64,000 nt of DNA from Halobacteriovoraceae bacterium (GTDB lineage Bacteria > Bdellovibrionota > Bacteriovoracia > Bacteriovoracales > Bacteriovoracaceae). A model generated the notes under the pieces. That model saw only the letters and a program-made list of their open reading frames with translations. It ran no database searches and was not told the origin of the DNA. This document shows positions 1-10,551 of this stretch, piece after piece; position 1 is the first letter of the stretch; every line of letters starts with the position of its first letter. Location: positions 160,001 to 224,000 of the forward strand of contig CAVRCF010000004.1 of the NCBI GenBank assembly GCA_963719505.1. Reading direction: 5' to 3'. The translations under genes were made by a program, and so were the position numbers.

Positions 1-995
1 TTGAGAAGATGATCTCCATTGAGGGGATCAATCAAAATAATCTTTCCAACTTAAGCGTTGATATCCCTCTTGGTGGATTGGTTTGTATTTCTGGGGTTAG
101 TGGCTCTGGAAAGTCTACCCTCATTCATAAGGCCCTTGTTCCGGGAGCGATGAATTTCACCAATAGAAATTCAACTTATAAAACCTGTTATACGAAAATT
201 TCAGGATTAGAAAATATCGATCAGGTTATTGAAATCGATCAATCTCCAATAGGACGAACTCCTAAATCAAATCCTGCAACTTATACAAAACTTTTCGACC
301 ATATAAGAGCGCTTTACGCTAATACCAATGAAGCGAAGATTAGGGGTTATAAACAGGGGCGTTTTAGTTTTAATGTTAAAGGCGGTCGCTGTGAAACATG
401 CGAAGGAAATGGTGTTATCAAAGTTGAGATGAACTTTCTTCCCGATGTTTACATTAAATGCTCCGACTGTTCAGGCAAGCGCTACAATCAAGAGACTCTC
501 AATATCACCTATAGAGGAAAAAATATTTCAGACGTTCTCAATATGAGTATAGAAGAAGCCACCGACTTTTTTGTTAATCATAAAAAAATTCACCGGACTC
601 TTAAAACGCTTCTCAATATTGGACTAGGGTATATTAAGCTTGGTCAGTCATCGACGACTTTGTCTGGTGGAGAAGCCCAAAGAATGAAACTTTCTCGCGA
701 ACTTAGTAAAGCGACTAGAGGACATTGTCTCTATGTCTTAGATGAGCCTACCACTGGACTTCATTTTCACGATATAAAAGTTTTAATGAAAGCAATCAAT
801 AAGCTTGTTGATCTAGGACATTCGGTTGTTATTATCGAACACAACTTAGATGTTATTAAAAGTGCTGATTATATTCTCGATCTCGGACCTGAGGGAGGGA
901 AGCACGGTGGAAAAGTCGTGGCCAAGGGCACACCAGAAAAAGTAGCAGCGAGTAAAAAATCTTTAACGGGTAAATACTTAAAACGATATCTTTAG
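1..995 (+). CDS. uvrA: Excinuclease ABC subunit A, C-terminal part (5' truncated by window edge)
   Basis: GVSGSGKS Walker A, [17 protein letters not shown], CETC/CSDC zinc finger, [17 protein letters not shown]; frame open to the window start. Confidence 0.97.
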   Translation, partial: EKMISIEGINQNNLSNLSVDIPLGGLVCISGVSGSGKSTLIHKALVPGAMNFTNRNSTYKTCYTKISGLENIDQVIEIDQSPIGRTPKSNPATYTKLFDHIRALYANTNEAKIRGYKQGRFSFNVKGGRCETCEGNGVIKVEMNFLPDVYIKCSDCSGKRYNQETLNITYRGKNISDVLNMSIEEATDFFVNHKKIHRTLKTLLNIGLGYIKLGQSSTTLSGGEAQRMKLSRELSKATRGHCLYVLDEPTTGLHFHDIKVLMKAINKLVDLGHSVVIIEHNLDVIKSADYILDLGPEGGKHGGKVVAKGTPEKVAASKKSLTGKYLKRYL

Positions 996-1001
996 GGGAC
1001 T

Positions 1002-2315
1002 ATGAAAACTTTAATTTTTAATGCAAAAACTTTAGGGAAGTATTTAGGAAAAAAGGAGCAGCTTGTTGATGTCTGCGTTCTCATTGAACACGGTCTTGTC
1101 AAAGAGATTTTAGAGACAAAGCCATCGCTTGAAGGCGATATCGAGATGATTGATGCCAAAGGAAACCTACTGGCTCCTGGGTTAATTGACCCCCAAGTTC
1201 ATTTTAGAGAACCTGGCTTAGAATATAAGGAAGATATCGAGTCGGGGAGTAAAGCTGCTAATAAAGGTGGATTCACGACGGTGATATCGATGCCTAACAC
1301 GACACCTACAGCGGACAATCCCGAGACGATAAAATTTATGTGGAATAAACAGCAAGATATTTCTCTTTGCAGAGTTTATCCCACAGGTGCAGTAACTATG
1401 GGTTTAAAAGGAGAAGTGCTTTCTCCTTTTGAGGAACTAAAAGATGCAGGTGCCATTGCCTTAACTGATGATGGAAAAGGTATTCAATCAGATGAAATTT
1501 TTGAGCAAGCCATGGTTGAAGCAGCTCGACTAGATATGAGTATTTTAGATCACTCTGAAGATGAATCTTTATCAAACGGTGGGGCCATCCATCTTGGAGA
1601 GCATTCAAAAAAATATGGTGTCAAAGGTATTGATTCAAAAAGTGAATCCGCGCATGTGGAAAGAGGCTGTCGCCTTAGTGGAGAGACAGGTTGCCACTAT
1701 CACGTTCTTCATATTTCGACTAAAGAGTCTATCGATCATGTAAGAGAGGCAAAAGCTAAAGGCTTTAATGTGACGGCTGAAGTTTCCCCTCATCATCTTC
1801 TTTTATGTGACGAAGATATTCCTCAAAGAGAAGATGGGAGTCTTGACTCCAATTGGAAAATGAATCCTCCTCTTCGCTCAAAAGAAGATCGCGAGGCTTG
1901 TGTAAAAGCTCTAATAGATGGGACTATTGATGCTATCGCTACAGACCATGCCCCTCACGCGCCTAATGAAAAAGCGGCTGAGATTCACAAAGCACCTTTT
2001 GGTATTATAGGTCTAGAGACAGCTTTTGGTCTTTGTTACACCCACTTTGTAAAAAGTGGAAAGATTAGCCTTGAACACCTGATTATGCTTATGACTGAGG
2101 GGCCAGCAAATTTATTCAAGCTAGACCTTGGAAAGATCGAAGTTGGTGCCGTAGCAGATTTAACAATCATAGACCTTGAAAAAGCTGAAGAGGTCACAGA
2201 AAGTTTCTTCGCTTCAAAATCTAAAAACTCGCCTTTTATAGGGCAAAATTTATATGGGATTCCACAGATGACTTTTTTGGGTGGTAATCTCGTCTATGCA
2301 AAGGATAACGCATGA
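1002..2315 (+). CDS. pyrC: Dihydroorotase (amidohydrolase family, long type)
   Basis: PGLIDxxVHFREPG, MPNTxP, KMNPPLR, ATDHAPH, GIIGLETA; first metal His appears as Q (DPQVH). Confidence 0.9.
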   Translation: MKTLIFNAKTLGKYLGKKEQLVDVCVLIEHGLVKEILETKPSLEGDIEMIDAKGNLLAPGLIDPQVHFREPGLEYKEDIESGSKAANKGGFTTVISMPNTTPTADNPETIKFMWNKQQDISLCRVYPTGAVTMGLKGEVLSPFEELKDAGAIALTDDGKGIQSDEIFEQAMVEAARLDMSILDHSEDESLSNGGAIHLGEHSKKYGVKGIDSKSESAHVERGCRLSGETGCHYHVLHISTKESIDHVREAKAKGFNVTAEVSPHHLLLCDEDIPQREDGSLDSNWKMNPPLRSKEDREACVKALIDGTIDAIATDHAPHAPNEKAAEIHKAPFGIIGLETAFGLCYTHFVKSGKISLEHLIMLMTEGPANLFKLDLGKIEVGAVADLTIIDLEKAEEVTESFFASKSKNSPFIGQNLYGIPQMTFLGGNLVYAKDNA

Positions 2316-2734
2316 AATTTGACAAGAATGTTGAAGAAGCTTTTAAAATGGCTCAAGAAGCCAGACTTAATGCCTACGCTGACTATTCAGGGGTAAAGGT
2401 TGGGGCCGTTGTAAAAATTAAAGGCAGAGATGATCTCTATATAGGCGCCAATGTTGAATATGTCGTCAATGGTGTCTCTGTTTGTGCAGAAAGAAGTGCC
2501 CTTTCAAATGCGGTCTCGCATAATGGGAAGATAGAACTTGAGTTTGTCGTTGTTTGTTCTAATACTGAGCCTGCACTTTTACCATGCGGAGTTTGTTGTC
2601 AGGCCATTAGTGAATTTGGAAAACGAGATTTGCCTATTTATATTGGTAATAAAGATAAACTTTTAAAGAAAGTCACTTATAGTGATATTTGGCCTCATCA
2701 GTATAGTGAGCTTCCGAAAGTTTTAGCAGAATAA
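2312..2734 (+). CDS. cdd: Cytidine deaminase
   Basis: GANVE, CAERSA, PCGVC zinc motifs. Confidence 0.9.
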   Translation: MKFDKNVEEAFKMAQEARLNAYADYSGVKVGAVVKIKGRDDLYIGANVEYVVNGVSVCAERSALSNAVSHNGKIELEFVVVCSNTEPALLPCGVCCQAISEFGKRDLPIYIGNKDKLLKKVTYSDIWPHQYSELPKVLAE

Positions 2735-4740
2735 TGCCAGCATATTTTCAATTGGCCGTAAATTTGCCAATTAAAAATTCAATTCTGACTTATGCGAGTG
2801 ATCTCCCTTTAAAAAGGGGAGAGATGGTTGAGGTGCCTTTAGGTCGACGAAAATCTCAAGCTATTGTCTTAAGAAACTCAAAGCCATCAGAGATCAGGGA
2901 TATTCCCAAAGAGAAAATAAAATTTGTCTCCGGTCTAATGGATAATAGCTTTATCATAGGTGATGATGAAATAGAGCTCTATAGCTGGATGTCTCAGTAC
3001 TACCATTATAGTTTTGGAAAACTTATCTTTGATTGTCTCCCAAAACTGATGAAGCGTCCCAGAGAGCCAAAGTTTCAAAGGGGAAGGGGCGAAGCTATTC
3101 CTCACGAACTCAATTCCTTGCAACAAAATGTTTACGATGGAGTTAAGAGAGTGCTCAATTCAGGGTTCTCTCAACACTTTGCCCATGGGGTTACCGGCTC
3201 AGGTAAATCTTTAGTTTATCTCAGTTTAATCAAAGATGTCCTGAACAGTGGAAAGTCTGCTCAGTTTTTACTTCCTGAAATTAACCTGACACCACAGTTT
3301 ACTCAGATGTTTGAACAGTTTTTAGGGCATAAGGTTTATGCTTACCATTCTGGCGTGACACCTTCAGAGAAATTTAATATTTGGAAAGCTTTGAAAGAGA
3401 GTGAAGAGCCAGTTTTAGTGCTGGGAGTGCGAAGTTCAATCTTTTTACCGGTTCAAAATCTTGGTCTCGTTGTGGTCGATGAAGAACATGATCAGTCCTT
3501 TAAGCAGTCAGATAGATGTCCATATAACGGTCGTGATGTGGCCATTAAAAAAGCACAAATCGCCAATGCTCCAATCATTTTAGGATCTGCGACTCCTAGT
3601 TTTGAAAACTATTATCATTTTTCAAATCAAAATGGAGGCAGAAATTACTATACACTAAAAGAGCGGGTCAGTACTGGTAACCTTCCGAAACTTGTTGTTT
3701 ATGATTCAAGAGACCGTTTTAAAGAAAATGATCCCGCTTGGCCACTTCTGGATGAAACTCTTGAAGATATTAAAAATGCATTGGAAAAAAAAGAGCAGGT
3801 GATCGTCTTTATCAATAAACTTGGATTCTCAGCATTTGTCCAATGTAGAAGCTGTGGGCATCAGTTTAAGAATGAAGACTGTGGCTGTGAAAATAATCTA
3901 CGCTACTTTAAGCAAAGAAATGAATTGAGTTGTGCTCACTGTGAATTTAGAAAGCCCATGCCAGACAAGTGTCCTGATTGTGGAAGCATTACGATGGTCA
4001 ATAAAGGCTTCGGAACTGAAAAAGTTGCCGAAGTTTTAAAAAAAGTTTTTCCCGAATACAGAGTCGATCGTTTTGATAGAGATGAGATTACATCAACAAA
4101 AAAACTGAATGAAAAACTTGAAAGTTTTCATTCGGGACAGATTGATTTGCTGGTGGGGACTCAAATGTTGGCCAAGGGGCATAACTTTGAGCGAGTAAAC
4201 TTGGTTATTATGCTGGGATTAGACTCTATGTTGAGCTTTTCCGATTTTCGCTCGACAGAGAGAACCTATCAGCTTGCGAGTCAGGTTTCTGGAAGGGCGG
4301 GACGTTACTCAAAGGAGAGTAAGGTTGTAATTCAGTCCATGAATCCGGAACACCCAATATTTGAAATTATTGGTTCTCATTCTTTTACAAAGTTTTATGA
4401 AGATGAGGTTGAACTTAGAAAGCTATGTGCTTGTCCGCCTTTTACAAAGCTGACAATGCTCTATTTTAGTTCTCGATTTAGAGATAGACTCATTCAAACT
4501 GTAAATTCTGTCTCTCACAGCCTAAATAGTGCTGCCATTAAAAACTTTAATGAAGTTAGAGTTTTAGGACCGGCCCCTTTGTCTATTGAGAAGAAAGCGA
4601 ATCAGTTCACGTGGGCCATCATGCTTAAAACAGATAATATCAACCAGCTTCATAATATTATTTCTACTTTCGAAAATAACTATAAAGCCGTCTCTGGTGT
4701 AAGCTATAAAATTGATGTCGATCCAGGCCAAGTTCTATAA
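2734..4740 (+). CDS. priA: Primosomal protein N'
   Basis: GVTGSGKS, DEEHD, SATPS, Cys-rich region, GTQMLAKG, QVSGRAGR. Confidence 0.96.
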   Translation: MPAYFQLAVNLPIKNSILTYASDLPLKRGEMVEVPLGRRKSQAIVLRNSKPSEIRDIPKEKIKFVSGLMDNSFIIGDDEIELYSWMSQYYHYSFGKLIFDCLPKLMKRPREPKFQRGRGEAIPHELNSLQQNVYDGVKRVLNSGFSQHFAHGVTGSGKSLVYLSLIKDVLNSGKSAQFLLPEINLTPQFTQMFEQFLGHKVYAYHSGVTPSEKFNIWKALKESEEPVLVLGVRSSIFLPVQNLGLVVVDEEHDQSFKQSDRCPYNGRDVAIKKAQIANAPIILGSATPSFENYYHFSNQNGGRNYYTLKERVSTGNLPKLVVYDSRDRFKENDPAWPLLDETLEDIKNALEKKEQVIVFINKLGFSAFVQCRSCGHQFKNEDCGCENNLRYFKQRNELSCAHCEFRKPMPDKCPDCGSITMVNKGFGTEKVAEVLKKVFPEYRVDRFDRDEITSTKKLNEKLESFHSGQIDLLVGTQMLAKGHNFERVNLVIMLGLDSMLSFSDFRSTERTYQLASQVSGRAGRYSKESKVVIQSMNPEHPIFEIIGSHSFTKFYEDEVELRKLCACPPFTKLTMLYFSSRFRDRLIQTVNSVSHSLNSAAIKNFNEVRVLGPAPLSIEKKANQFTWAIMLKTDNINQLHNIISTFENNYKAVSGVSYKIDVDPGQVL

Positions 4741-5811
4741 GTTAAAAAATCCAGTTCGCGATGGAATAAAGACTTCACCATCAATTTGCCTTATAACACC
4801 AATTGGAGATTCAAAATATCTCTTTTTCTTTGCGATATGATACTGAGTTTTCCCCTTTTCATAACATAGGAGCTGACCCATTATGCCTATTGCGCAGTAA
4901 TTGTTTCCCATAATAAAAGGCGTTGATATAAAAGGTTCTGGAAATTCTCCAACAAAGCCAATTTTATTTTTTGTGAGATCGAAAGTTAGAATATCCCCAG
5001 TTGAGAGTGTGATTAAAAAATTATTGTCATCAATCTTTGTGGGAGCAAAGAAGTTAAAGCCTCTCAATTCCTTGGTAAAAGTTATTTTTTTCATCTTTGT
5101 ATCAAAAATGAAAAGGGTTGAGGGAATATCAAACTTGCTTTTCATGAGATCCGCTTTAGTTGTTGCTCCAATTATTTTTTCACCAATTTGGGAGAGCATC
5201 ATTTTGGGACTTTCTTTGAACTCATTAATAAATGTTGTTTTTTGAGTCTTCTTATCAACACAGATAAAAGCTTTTAATTCGTATATTGAATTGAAGCAAA
5301 TATCATCTTTTACGATGATAGGGGAACTATCGACGTGAATCTTCTTTTTATTTACTTTTGTGAGATTCCACTTGGACTTTAAGGTTTTTTTATCAAGAGC
5401 TGACAGACCTCCTGGACCGTGACCGACATAAAGCGTGTCTCCATCTAATGTTAATGGTCTTTGGATATGACCTTTAAGCATTATCGAATTTCTTAGTTTT
5501 TCTTTTTTCAGGTCAAAAGCTTAGAGATTGGCATTCTCTGTGTCGTGGAGTCCTTCTCCAAAAAAGGCAATACCGTCATCAACAGTGATATCACTCACAG
5601 AGCTTTGTTTTGTATTAAATAGCTGCTTGAGTTTGGAGAAATCCTTTTGACTTTTATACAGAACGCCACTTGTCGATAAAAAAAGTAGAGAGTTCTCATG
5701 CTTTATTGGAGCGTTGACAGTTGGTCCTATCTTGACCCTTATTTTTTTCTCGTCGGCAAATAGGTTTAAGCTCAAAAAGATCGCACAAGTTATGGCCAGT
5801 AATTGTTTCAT
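4735..5811 (-). pseudogene. Secreted PQQ-repeat beta-propeller protein split by one in-frame TAA (5521-5523); pseudogene or base-call error
   Basis: ORFs 5521..5811 and 4735..5481 are in the same frame and join as NANL*AFDLKKEKLRNSIMLKGH; N-terminal signal peptide, AAGGAG RBS, PQQ-like repeats. Confidence 0.8.
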
Positions 5812-5840
5812 AAATTTCTCCTTAGAGATATAATATCGAA

Positions 5841-7007
5841 ATGTCTCAATCTTTAAAGTTTAAAATTTTAATGGAATGTTCTTCTCGAGAGGAGCTTTCT
5901 GATTATATCTTACCTTTTTGGTTTGTTGAAGAACAAGAAGATCTGCCAAGTGATTTTGAGCAATTTATTGTAAGATCTGCTTTGAAGAGCGAAAATAGTG
6001 AAACTTTAAACTCAGGTGTTGGATTAAGTTTGGGAAGTATACAAACTCAAAAAGACTACACTGAGGCCATAAAAAAATTGATGAACCAAGACAATCTGGA
6101 CTTTTTACTTCTGCAGCCATTTTTTGAACACGATATTCATTTAACCATATTTTTAACGACGAATTTTGTCTTTATTGAGTCCCAATCAACAGGAGAAAGT
6201 AAGTTTTACTTTTATAACGATCTCACAAGCTCAAAGCTTCCTCATTGGGGGAAGAAAGTTCAAGATGTTCTCACTCGTTTTAATGCTCTTTATAAAGGAG
6301 AGTTTCTCATTGAGGCGGGATTGAGAGCAGACGAATTTAAGCTTTTCCAGATGAATCGATTGAAGCAAAATCATATAAAGAACGCCCTTTATAACCAGGT
6401 TTTGAGTAAAGCCCTTTTGGGTAATAAAAGAATTGATCAAGATTCATTTTTCTCAAAGCTCAAATTAGAGTACAAGGCTTATAAATTTAGACAGAAAGAA
6501 ACGTATAATGATTTTAATGATACTTTCAATAATTGGGTGTATATTTTTTTTTATTTCAAGCTTTTTTGCACTAAAGAGAATCTTCAATTTAGTGGATCCT
6601 CTTTTGAGGAATTTTTAAATATTGCTGGGGGTGCTGGTGTTCTTTCAAAAAACTTAAAGAGACACTTGGAAATTTGCTCGCTTACGGACAAGGCCAATCA
6701 GTGGAATATAGACTCCGGATTTCATGATAAAGAAGAGATATATATAGGGCATGGAAAGATTGAGGGTATAGTTGATCAAAATGTTCTTGTCTCGACGAAC
6801 TTGACGATGGAGGAGATTCTTCTTCATAAGCCTAGTGTTATTTTAACAACTTATAACTCAATTCTTTCTCATCCAATTTTATTTTGTGCTGAAAATGGAA
6901 TCTCACTTGTTGGAGGTCTCCCTAAGTCATCTGTGCAAGAATTAAGGCCAGGGGATAAATTTTCAATCGATTTTAAATTAAAGCAAATTATTGTAGAATC
7001 TAAGTAG
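5841..7007 (+). CDS. Compact PEP-utilizer-like protein: divergent ATP-grasp (PPDK_N-like) domain plus C-terminal phosphohistidine swivel domain
   Basis: VRSALKSENSETLNSG resembles VRSS..ED...SFAG; LIEAG...LFQ resembles DIEW...LQ; SILSHPILFCAENGISLV resembles SHAAIVAREMGIPAV. Confidence 0.7.
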   Translation: MSQSLKFKILMECSSREELSDYILPFWFVEEQEDLPSDFEQFIVRSALKSENSETLNSGVGLSLGSIQTQKDYTEAIKKLMNQDNLDFLLLQPFFEHDIHLTIFLTTNFVFIESQSTGESKFYFYNDLTSSKLPHWGKKVQDVLTRFNALYKGEFLIEAGLRADEFKLFQMNRLKQNHIKNALYNQVLSKALLGNKRIDQDSFFSKLKLEYKAYKFRQKETYNDFNDTFNNWVYIFFYFKLFCTKENLQFSGSSFEEFLNIAGGAGVLSKNLKRHLEICSLTDKANQWNIDSGFHDKEEIYIGHGKIEGIVDQNVLVSTNLTMEEILLHKPSVILTTYNSILSHPILFCAENGISLVGGLPKSSVQELRPGDKFSIDFKLKQIIVESK

Positions 7008-7112
7008 GAATTGCTAAAGGAGACATAAATGGTTTTTCCATCACTTTCATTTTCAGTTGATCCAGGTATTATTTCATCCATGTCCACTTTCGTGGTTATA
7101 GGTTTTAGCTTT

Positions 7113-7475
7113 ATGCTTCGTTATTGGAAAAAGACTTTGTTCACAATTTCTATCGTCTTAGGTGTCGCTCTTTTTTCATTGAAGGCGAGTGCAATTGGTT
7201 TATACACTGGTTCTTGTGGAACGATGTGCTCTAACAATCAAAACTACTACGGATCTCCTTGGGGACAACCAAGGCCCGTTTACTATTATCCCCAACTTCA
7301 ATATCATTCATTTTGGGGCCCTACTCCTTATTATTTCAATTCTCATGGTGCCAGCCCATACGCACCGTCATGGTATAATAATTGCCCTCACTGTAGTCAA
7401 CATGGCACGGGCTTTAACAACTGGAACACAATTATGCCCAACCAAAGTCATGGTCCAGGAATGCCTGCAAGCTAG
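7113..7475 (+). CDS. Secreted Tyr/Pro/Gly/Asn-rich small protein with CxxxC and CxxC
   Basis: Signal peptide MLRYWKK...LKASA from ATG 7113 (ORF track start 7029); low-complexity mature region. Confidence 0.65.
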   Translation: MLRYWKKTLFTISIVLGVALFSLKASAIGLYTGSCGTMCSNNQNYYGSPWGQPRPVYYYPQLQYHSFWGPTPYYFNSHGASPYAPSWYNNCPHCSQHGTGFNNWNTIMPNQSHGPGMPAS

Positions 7476-8311
7476 TGATTCTTTTTCCGGCCATTGTTTT
7501 TGGGCTTAGTCTTTTATTTTGGTTTTTAAAACCAGAGCTGGTCTCTTCTATTTTTATCGCGAATTTGTGGCTTCTGTCTTATCCTCATACCTTCGCAACA
7601 TTTAAAAGAAGTTACTTTTTAAAAAAAGAAAATAAAATAAAAGCTGGAATCTGTATCATCTTATTTCTTCTTCTTAATATCTTTATTGTTTATCGTTTTG
7701 ATTTTGTGGCTTTAATAAATATCTATTTTTATTCTCAATTTTTTCACTATTGTCGACAAAATTTTGGTATCTCTAAGCTCCATTCTAAAAGTTGGCTAAA
7801 GATGGACAGTGTACTTTTTCATTTTTATCATGTGTTCATCCTTCTCTTTTTTTGGCGAGTACCTCACTCCTTTTTGGGCTTCAAAATTTTCTCGCCGACT
7901 CTTCAGCAAAATCTGACTACTTTTTCATTTGGGGCAATTTGTTTTATCGGTCTGTACTTTATCTCTCGAATGAAAAAGATCTCAGCCATGACTTATATTT
8001 ATCTTGCTCTGTCGGCAGTGATGACTTACTCAAGTGAATCTTTTATTTTAGGCTGGCTAGGACTTCATCTTTTTCATAATTCTCAATACCTCGTGATGGG
8101 ACATAGGCTTTCTCCGAGAAACTCTTTTCTATGGTACTGGTTCTCCTTGATATTTCTCGTGGTCGTGCTCTATTCATTGGCGGGATATCTTGATCAAAAA
8201 ATTGGTTTTTTTATTTCCATTTCTTTTTGCCTTATCTTGGCCGTAAATTTCAGTCACTACCTTTTTGATTCTTTTCTTTGGAGAAGGAAATATAGAGAAA
8301 ACTATCCCTGA
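7475..8311 (+). CDS. Polytopic membrane protein with four His motifs (putative membrane metalloenzyme)
   Basis: Multiple hydrophobic segments; PHTFAT, HYCRQ, HLFHNSQY, HYLFDSFLW. Confidence 0.7.
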   Translation: MILFPAIVFGLSLLFWFLKPELVSSIFIANLWLLSYPHTFATFKRSYFLKKENKIKAGICIILFLLLNIFIVYRFDFVALINIYFYSQFFHYCRQNFGISKLHSKSWLKMDSVLFHFYHVFILLFFWRVPHSFLGFKIFSPTLQQNLTTFSFGAICFIGLYFISRMKKISAMTYIYLALSAVMTYSSESFILGWLGLHLFHNSQYLVMGHRLSPRNSFLWYWFSLIFLVVVLYSLAGYLDQKIGFFISISFCLILAVNFSHYLFDSFLWRRKYRENYP

Positions 8312-8325
8312 TTTATAAAAGTGCT

Positions 8326-8580
8326 TTAGTGATTATGATTGTCATCTTCGACCAGTCTATTCACTGGATCATAGCCGCCTTTTGAAAAAGGATTGCACCT
8401 GAGGATTCTCCAAATTGTCTTTAAGACCGCCTGCAGTGGGGAGACTGTCTCAAAGGCTTCCTTTGCGTAGCTTGAGCAAGTTGGGTAGTATTTGCATGTT
8501 GGTTGGAAAAGAGGCGATATCAGATAGCGATAGAGCTTAATTGTCATTAGAAATATCTCTTTTAGGGCTCTAGATACCAA
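8326..8580 (-). CDS. yidD: Membrane protein insertion efficiency factor
   Basis: YRYLISP...CKYYPTCSSY...RILRCNPF..GGYDPV. Confidence 0.95.
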   Translation of the reverse strand: MVSRALKEIFLMTIKLYRYLISPLFQPTCKYYPTCSSYAKEAFETVSPLQAVLKTIWRILRCNPFSKGGYDPVNRLVEDDNHNH

Positions 8581-8757
8581 CTTTCATCCTTCTTTTGAGG
8601 CTATGTTTTACAAATAAATCAGTGTTTGGCCAATACTAAGCTTTGTCTAGGGCGTTAGGCTATAGTTTTTTCGTAATTTAAGCTACTTTGACAACACATA
8701 TAACGCAACTTGTGTTACAAGATGTTTTTCTAATAGAGCGATAGGAGTTATATCCTC

Positions 8758-9753
8758 GTGAACACGGAGCAGATAATGATTGAACAATCTTTTAAAGAAA
8801 CAAATTCCCTTAAGAACAAAGTCGTTGAAGATATAATGTCTTGTGATTCAAAAGATGAGCAAGGACTGAATGATTTCCAAAAACTACCAACTGAGGACCT
8901 AATAGCTATTCCTAAGGTTGGTATCAATAACTTTAGACTACCAATTGAAATTATTAATAAGCAAGGAGAGACGAGATCTCACGACGCTACAGCGGCTATG
9001 TATGTCTCATTAAATGCCAATAAAAACGGTGTCAGCATGAGTAGGCTTTGTACGATTTTACAAGCAACTAGTGCTGAGCAGAAGTTAGGTGTGGACTTTT
9101 TCAAGACAGTTATGCGCAGATACAGAGATGAGCTAAGAGATGAGACTGATAAAGATCTTATTGAGAAGTCATTTTTAAGATTGAAATTTAATTTTCCAAT
9201 TAAGCAAAAATCTCTAAAAAGCGATAACTGGGGATGGCAATACTATCCAGTTCAATTCGAAGCTCATGAGTCAAAAGATAAAGGATTCGAGCTTTTTATC
9301 ACTCTTGAATACCTGTATTCATCTACTTGTCCATGTTCACTTTCCATGGCCAAGCAATATGAAAGAGAGTACGCGGAAGGTAAAACCACTGAGGGGTCGG
9401 GAATTGGTGTTCCTCACTCTCAAAGATCAAAGATGAATGCTAAAGTGAAAATAGACACTTCTAAGGAATTTTTCCTCGAGGATCTTATCTCCCTTATCAG
9501 AAAAGCTATACCTACCGAGACTCAAAGCTTAGTGAAAAGACTTGATGAGCAAGCTTTTGCTATATTAAACGGTGCGCATCCGATGTTTGTTGAGCACGCT
9601 ACAAAAAGAGTCTATAAAGAATTTAACGCACAGCCAACAATTTTAGACTGGCTTGTTGAGTTGGAACATATTGAATCTTTACACAGCCACAATGCAGCTG
9701 CTGTCATCTATAAAGGTGTACAAAATGGATTGAGGGCCGATACAATCTTCTAG
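8758..9753 (+). CDS. folE2: GTP cyclohydrolase I type FolE2
   Basis: G.SMSR, STCPCS, PHSQRS, VKRxDE, ESLHSHNA. Confidence 0.93.
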   Translation: MNTEQIMIEQSFKETNSLKNKVVEDIMSCDSKDEQGLNDFQKLPTEDLIAIPKVGINNFRLPIEIINKQGETRSHDATAAMYVSLNANKNGVSMSRLCTILQATSAEQKLGVDFFKTVMRRYRDELRDETDKDLIEKSFLRLKFNFPIKQKSLKSDNWGWQYYPVQFEAHESKDKGFELFITLEYLYSSTCPCSLSMAKQYEREYAEGKTTEGSGIGVPHSQRSKMNAKVKIDTSKEFFLEDLISLIRKAIPTETQSLVKRLDEQAFAILNGAHPMFVEHATKRVYKEFNAQPTILDWLVELEHIESLHSHNAAAVIYKGVQNGLRADTIF

Positions 9754-10551
9754 ATGAAAACTGGAAATTTATTAAAGCTCAAAACCAAACAGTCAGATAA
9801 TAACGTCAAATACTCTCTACCTATTGGTGGGGATCTCGTCGATCTCAACTCTTTAATAGGTAGTGATATATCACTTGAATTCACTGGTATTATTAATTGT
9901 CTTGATACAGGCAAGGTTATCAAGAAGTCTTTTGGACAAGGTTATAGCTGGGAGTCATTTGTAACTCAGCCTTTTTGCGATACTTGTATTTTCAAACCAG
10001 AGTTATGTCATTACTCGGTGGGTACTTGCCGCGACCCTAAATGGGGAGAAAAACACTGTTTCCAGCCCCATATCATTTATTTGGCCAATTCAAGTGAGCT
10101 CAAAGTTGGTATCACTAGAGAGTCTCAGGTTCCAACCAGATGGATGGATCAGGGAGCATCATTTGCTTTACCAATACTTAAAGTCAAAGATCGCTACACA
10201 AGCGGGCTTATTGAAGTTGAGATAGGGAAGAAACTTGGAGACAAAACCAATTGGCGTAAGATGCTAAAAGGGGATGTGGATGAGATTGATCTTTTGAAGA
10301 TCAAAAAAGAAGTCCTAAAAGATTTTAAAGCTCTTATAGAAAAGTATCAGGCAGAAATTTTGCCAGATGAGCTTTATACCTTTGAGTATCCTGTTGAAAA
10401 ATATCCCACTAAAGTCTCCACCTTATCTTTTGATAAAACTCCAAAAATAGAGGGGAAGCTTCGGGGTATCAAAGGACAATACCTCATTTTTGATCACGGT
10501 GTTTTAAATATTAGAAAGCATCAAGGTTATGAGGTTAACTTTAGTCAGTAA
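9754..10551 (+). CDS. DUF2797-family protein
   Basis: KVGITR, TRWMDQGA, DKTNWRKML, GIKGQYLI. Confidence 0.85.
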   Translation: MKTGNLLKLKTKQSDNNVKYSLPIGGDLVDLNSLIGSDISLEFTGIINCLDTGKVIKKSFGQGYSWESFVTQPFCDTCIFKPELCHYSVGTCRDPKWGEKHCFQPHIIYLANSSELKVGITRESQVPTRWMDQGASFALPILKVKDRYTSGLIEVEIGKKLGDKTNWRKMLKGDVDEIDLLKIKKEVLKDFKALIEKYQAEILPDELYTFEYPVEKYPTKVSTLSFDKTPKIEGKLRGIKGQYLIFDHGVLNIRKHQGYEVNFSQ

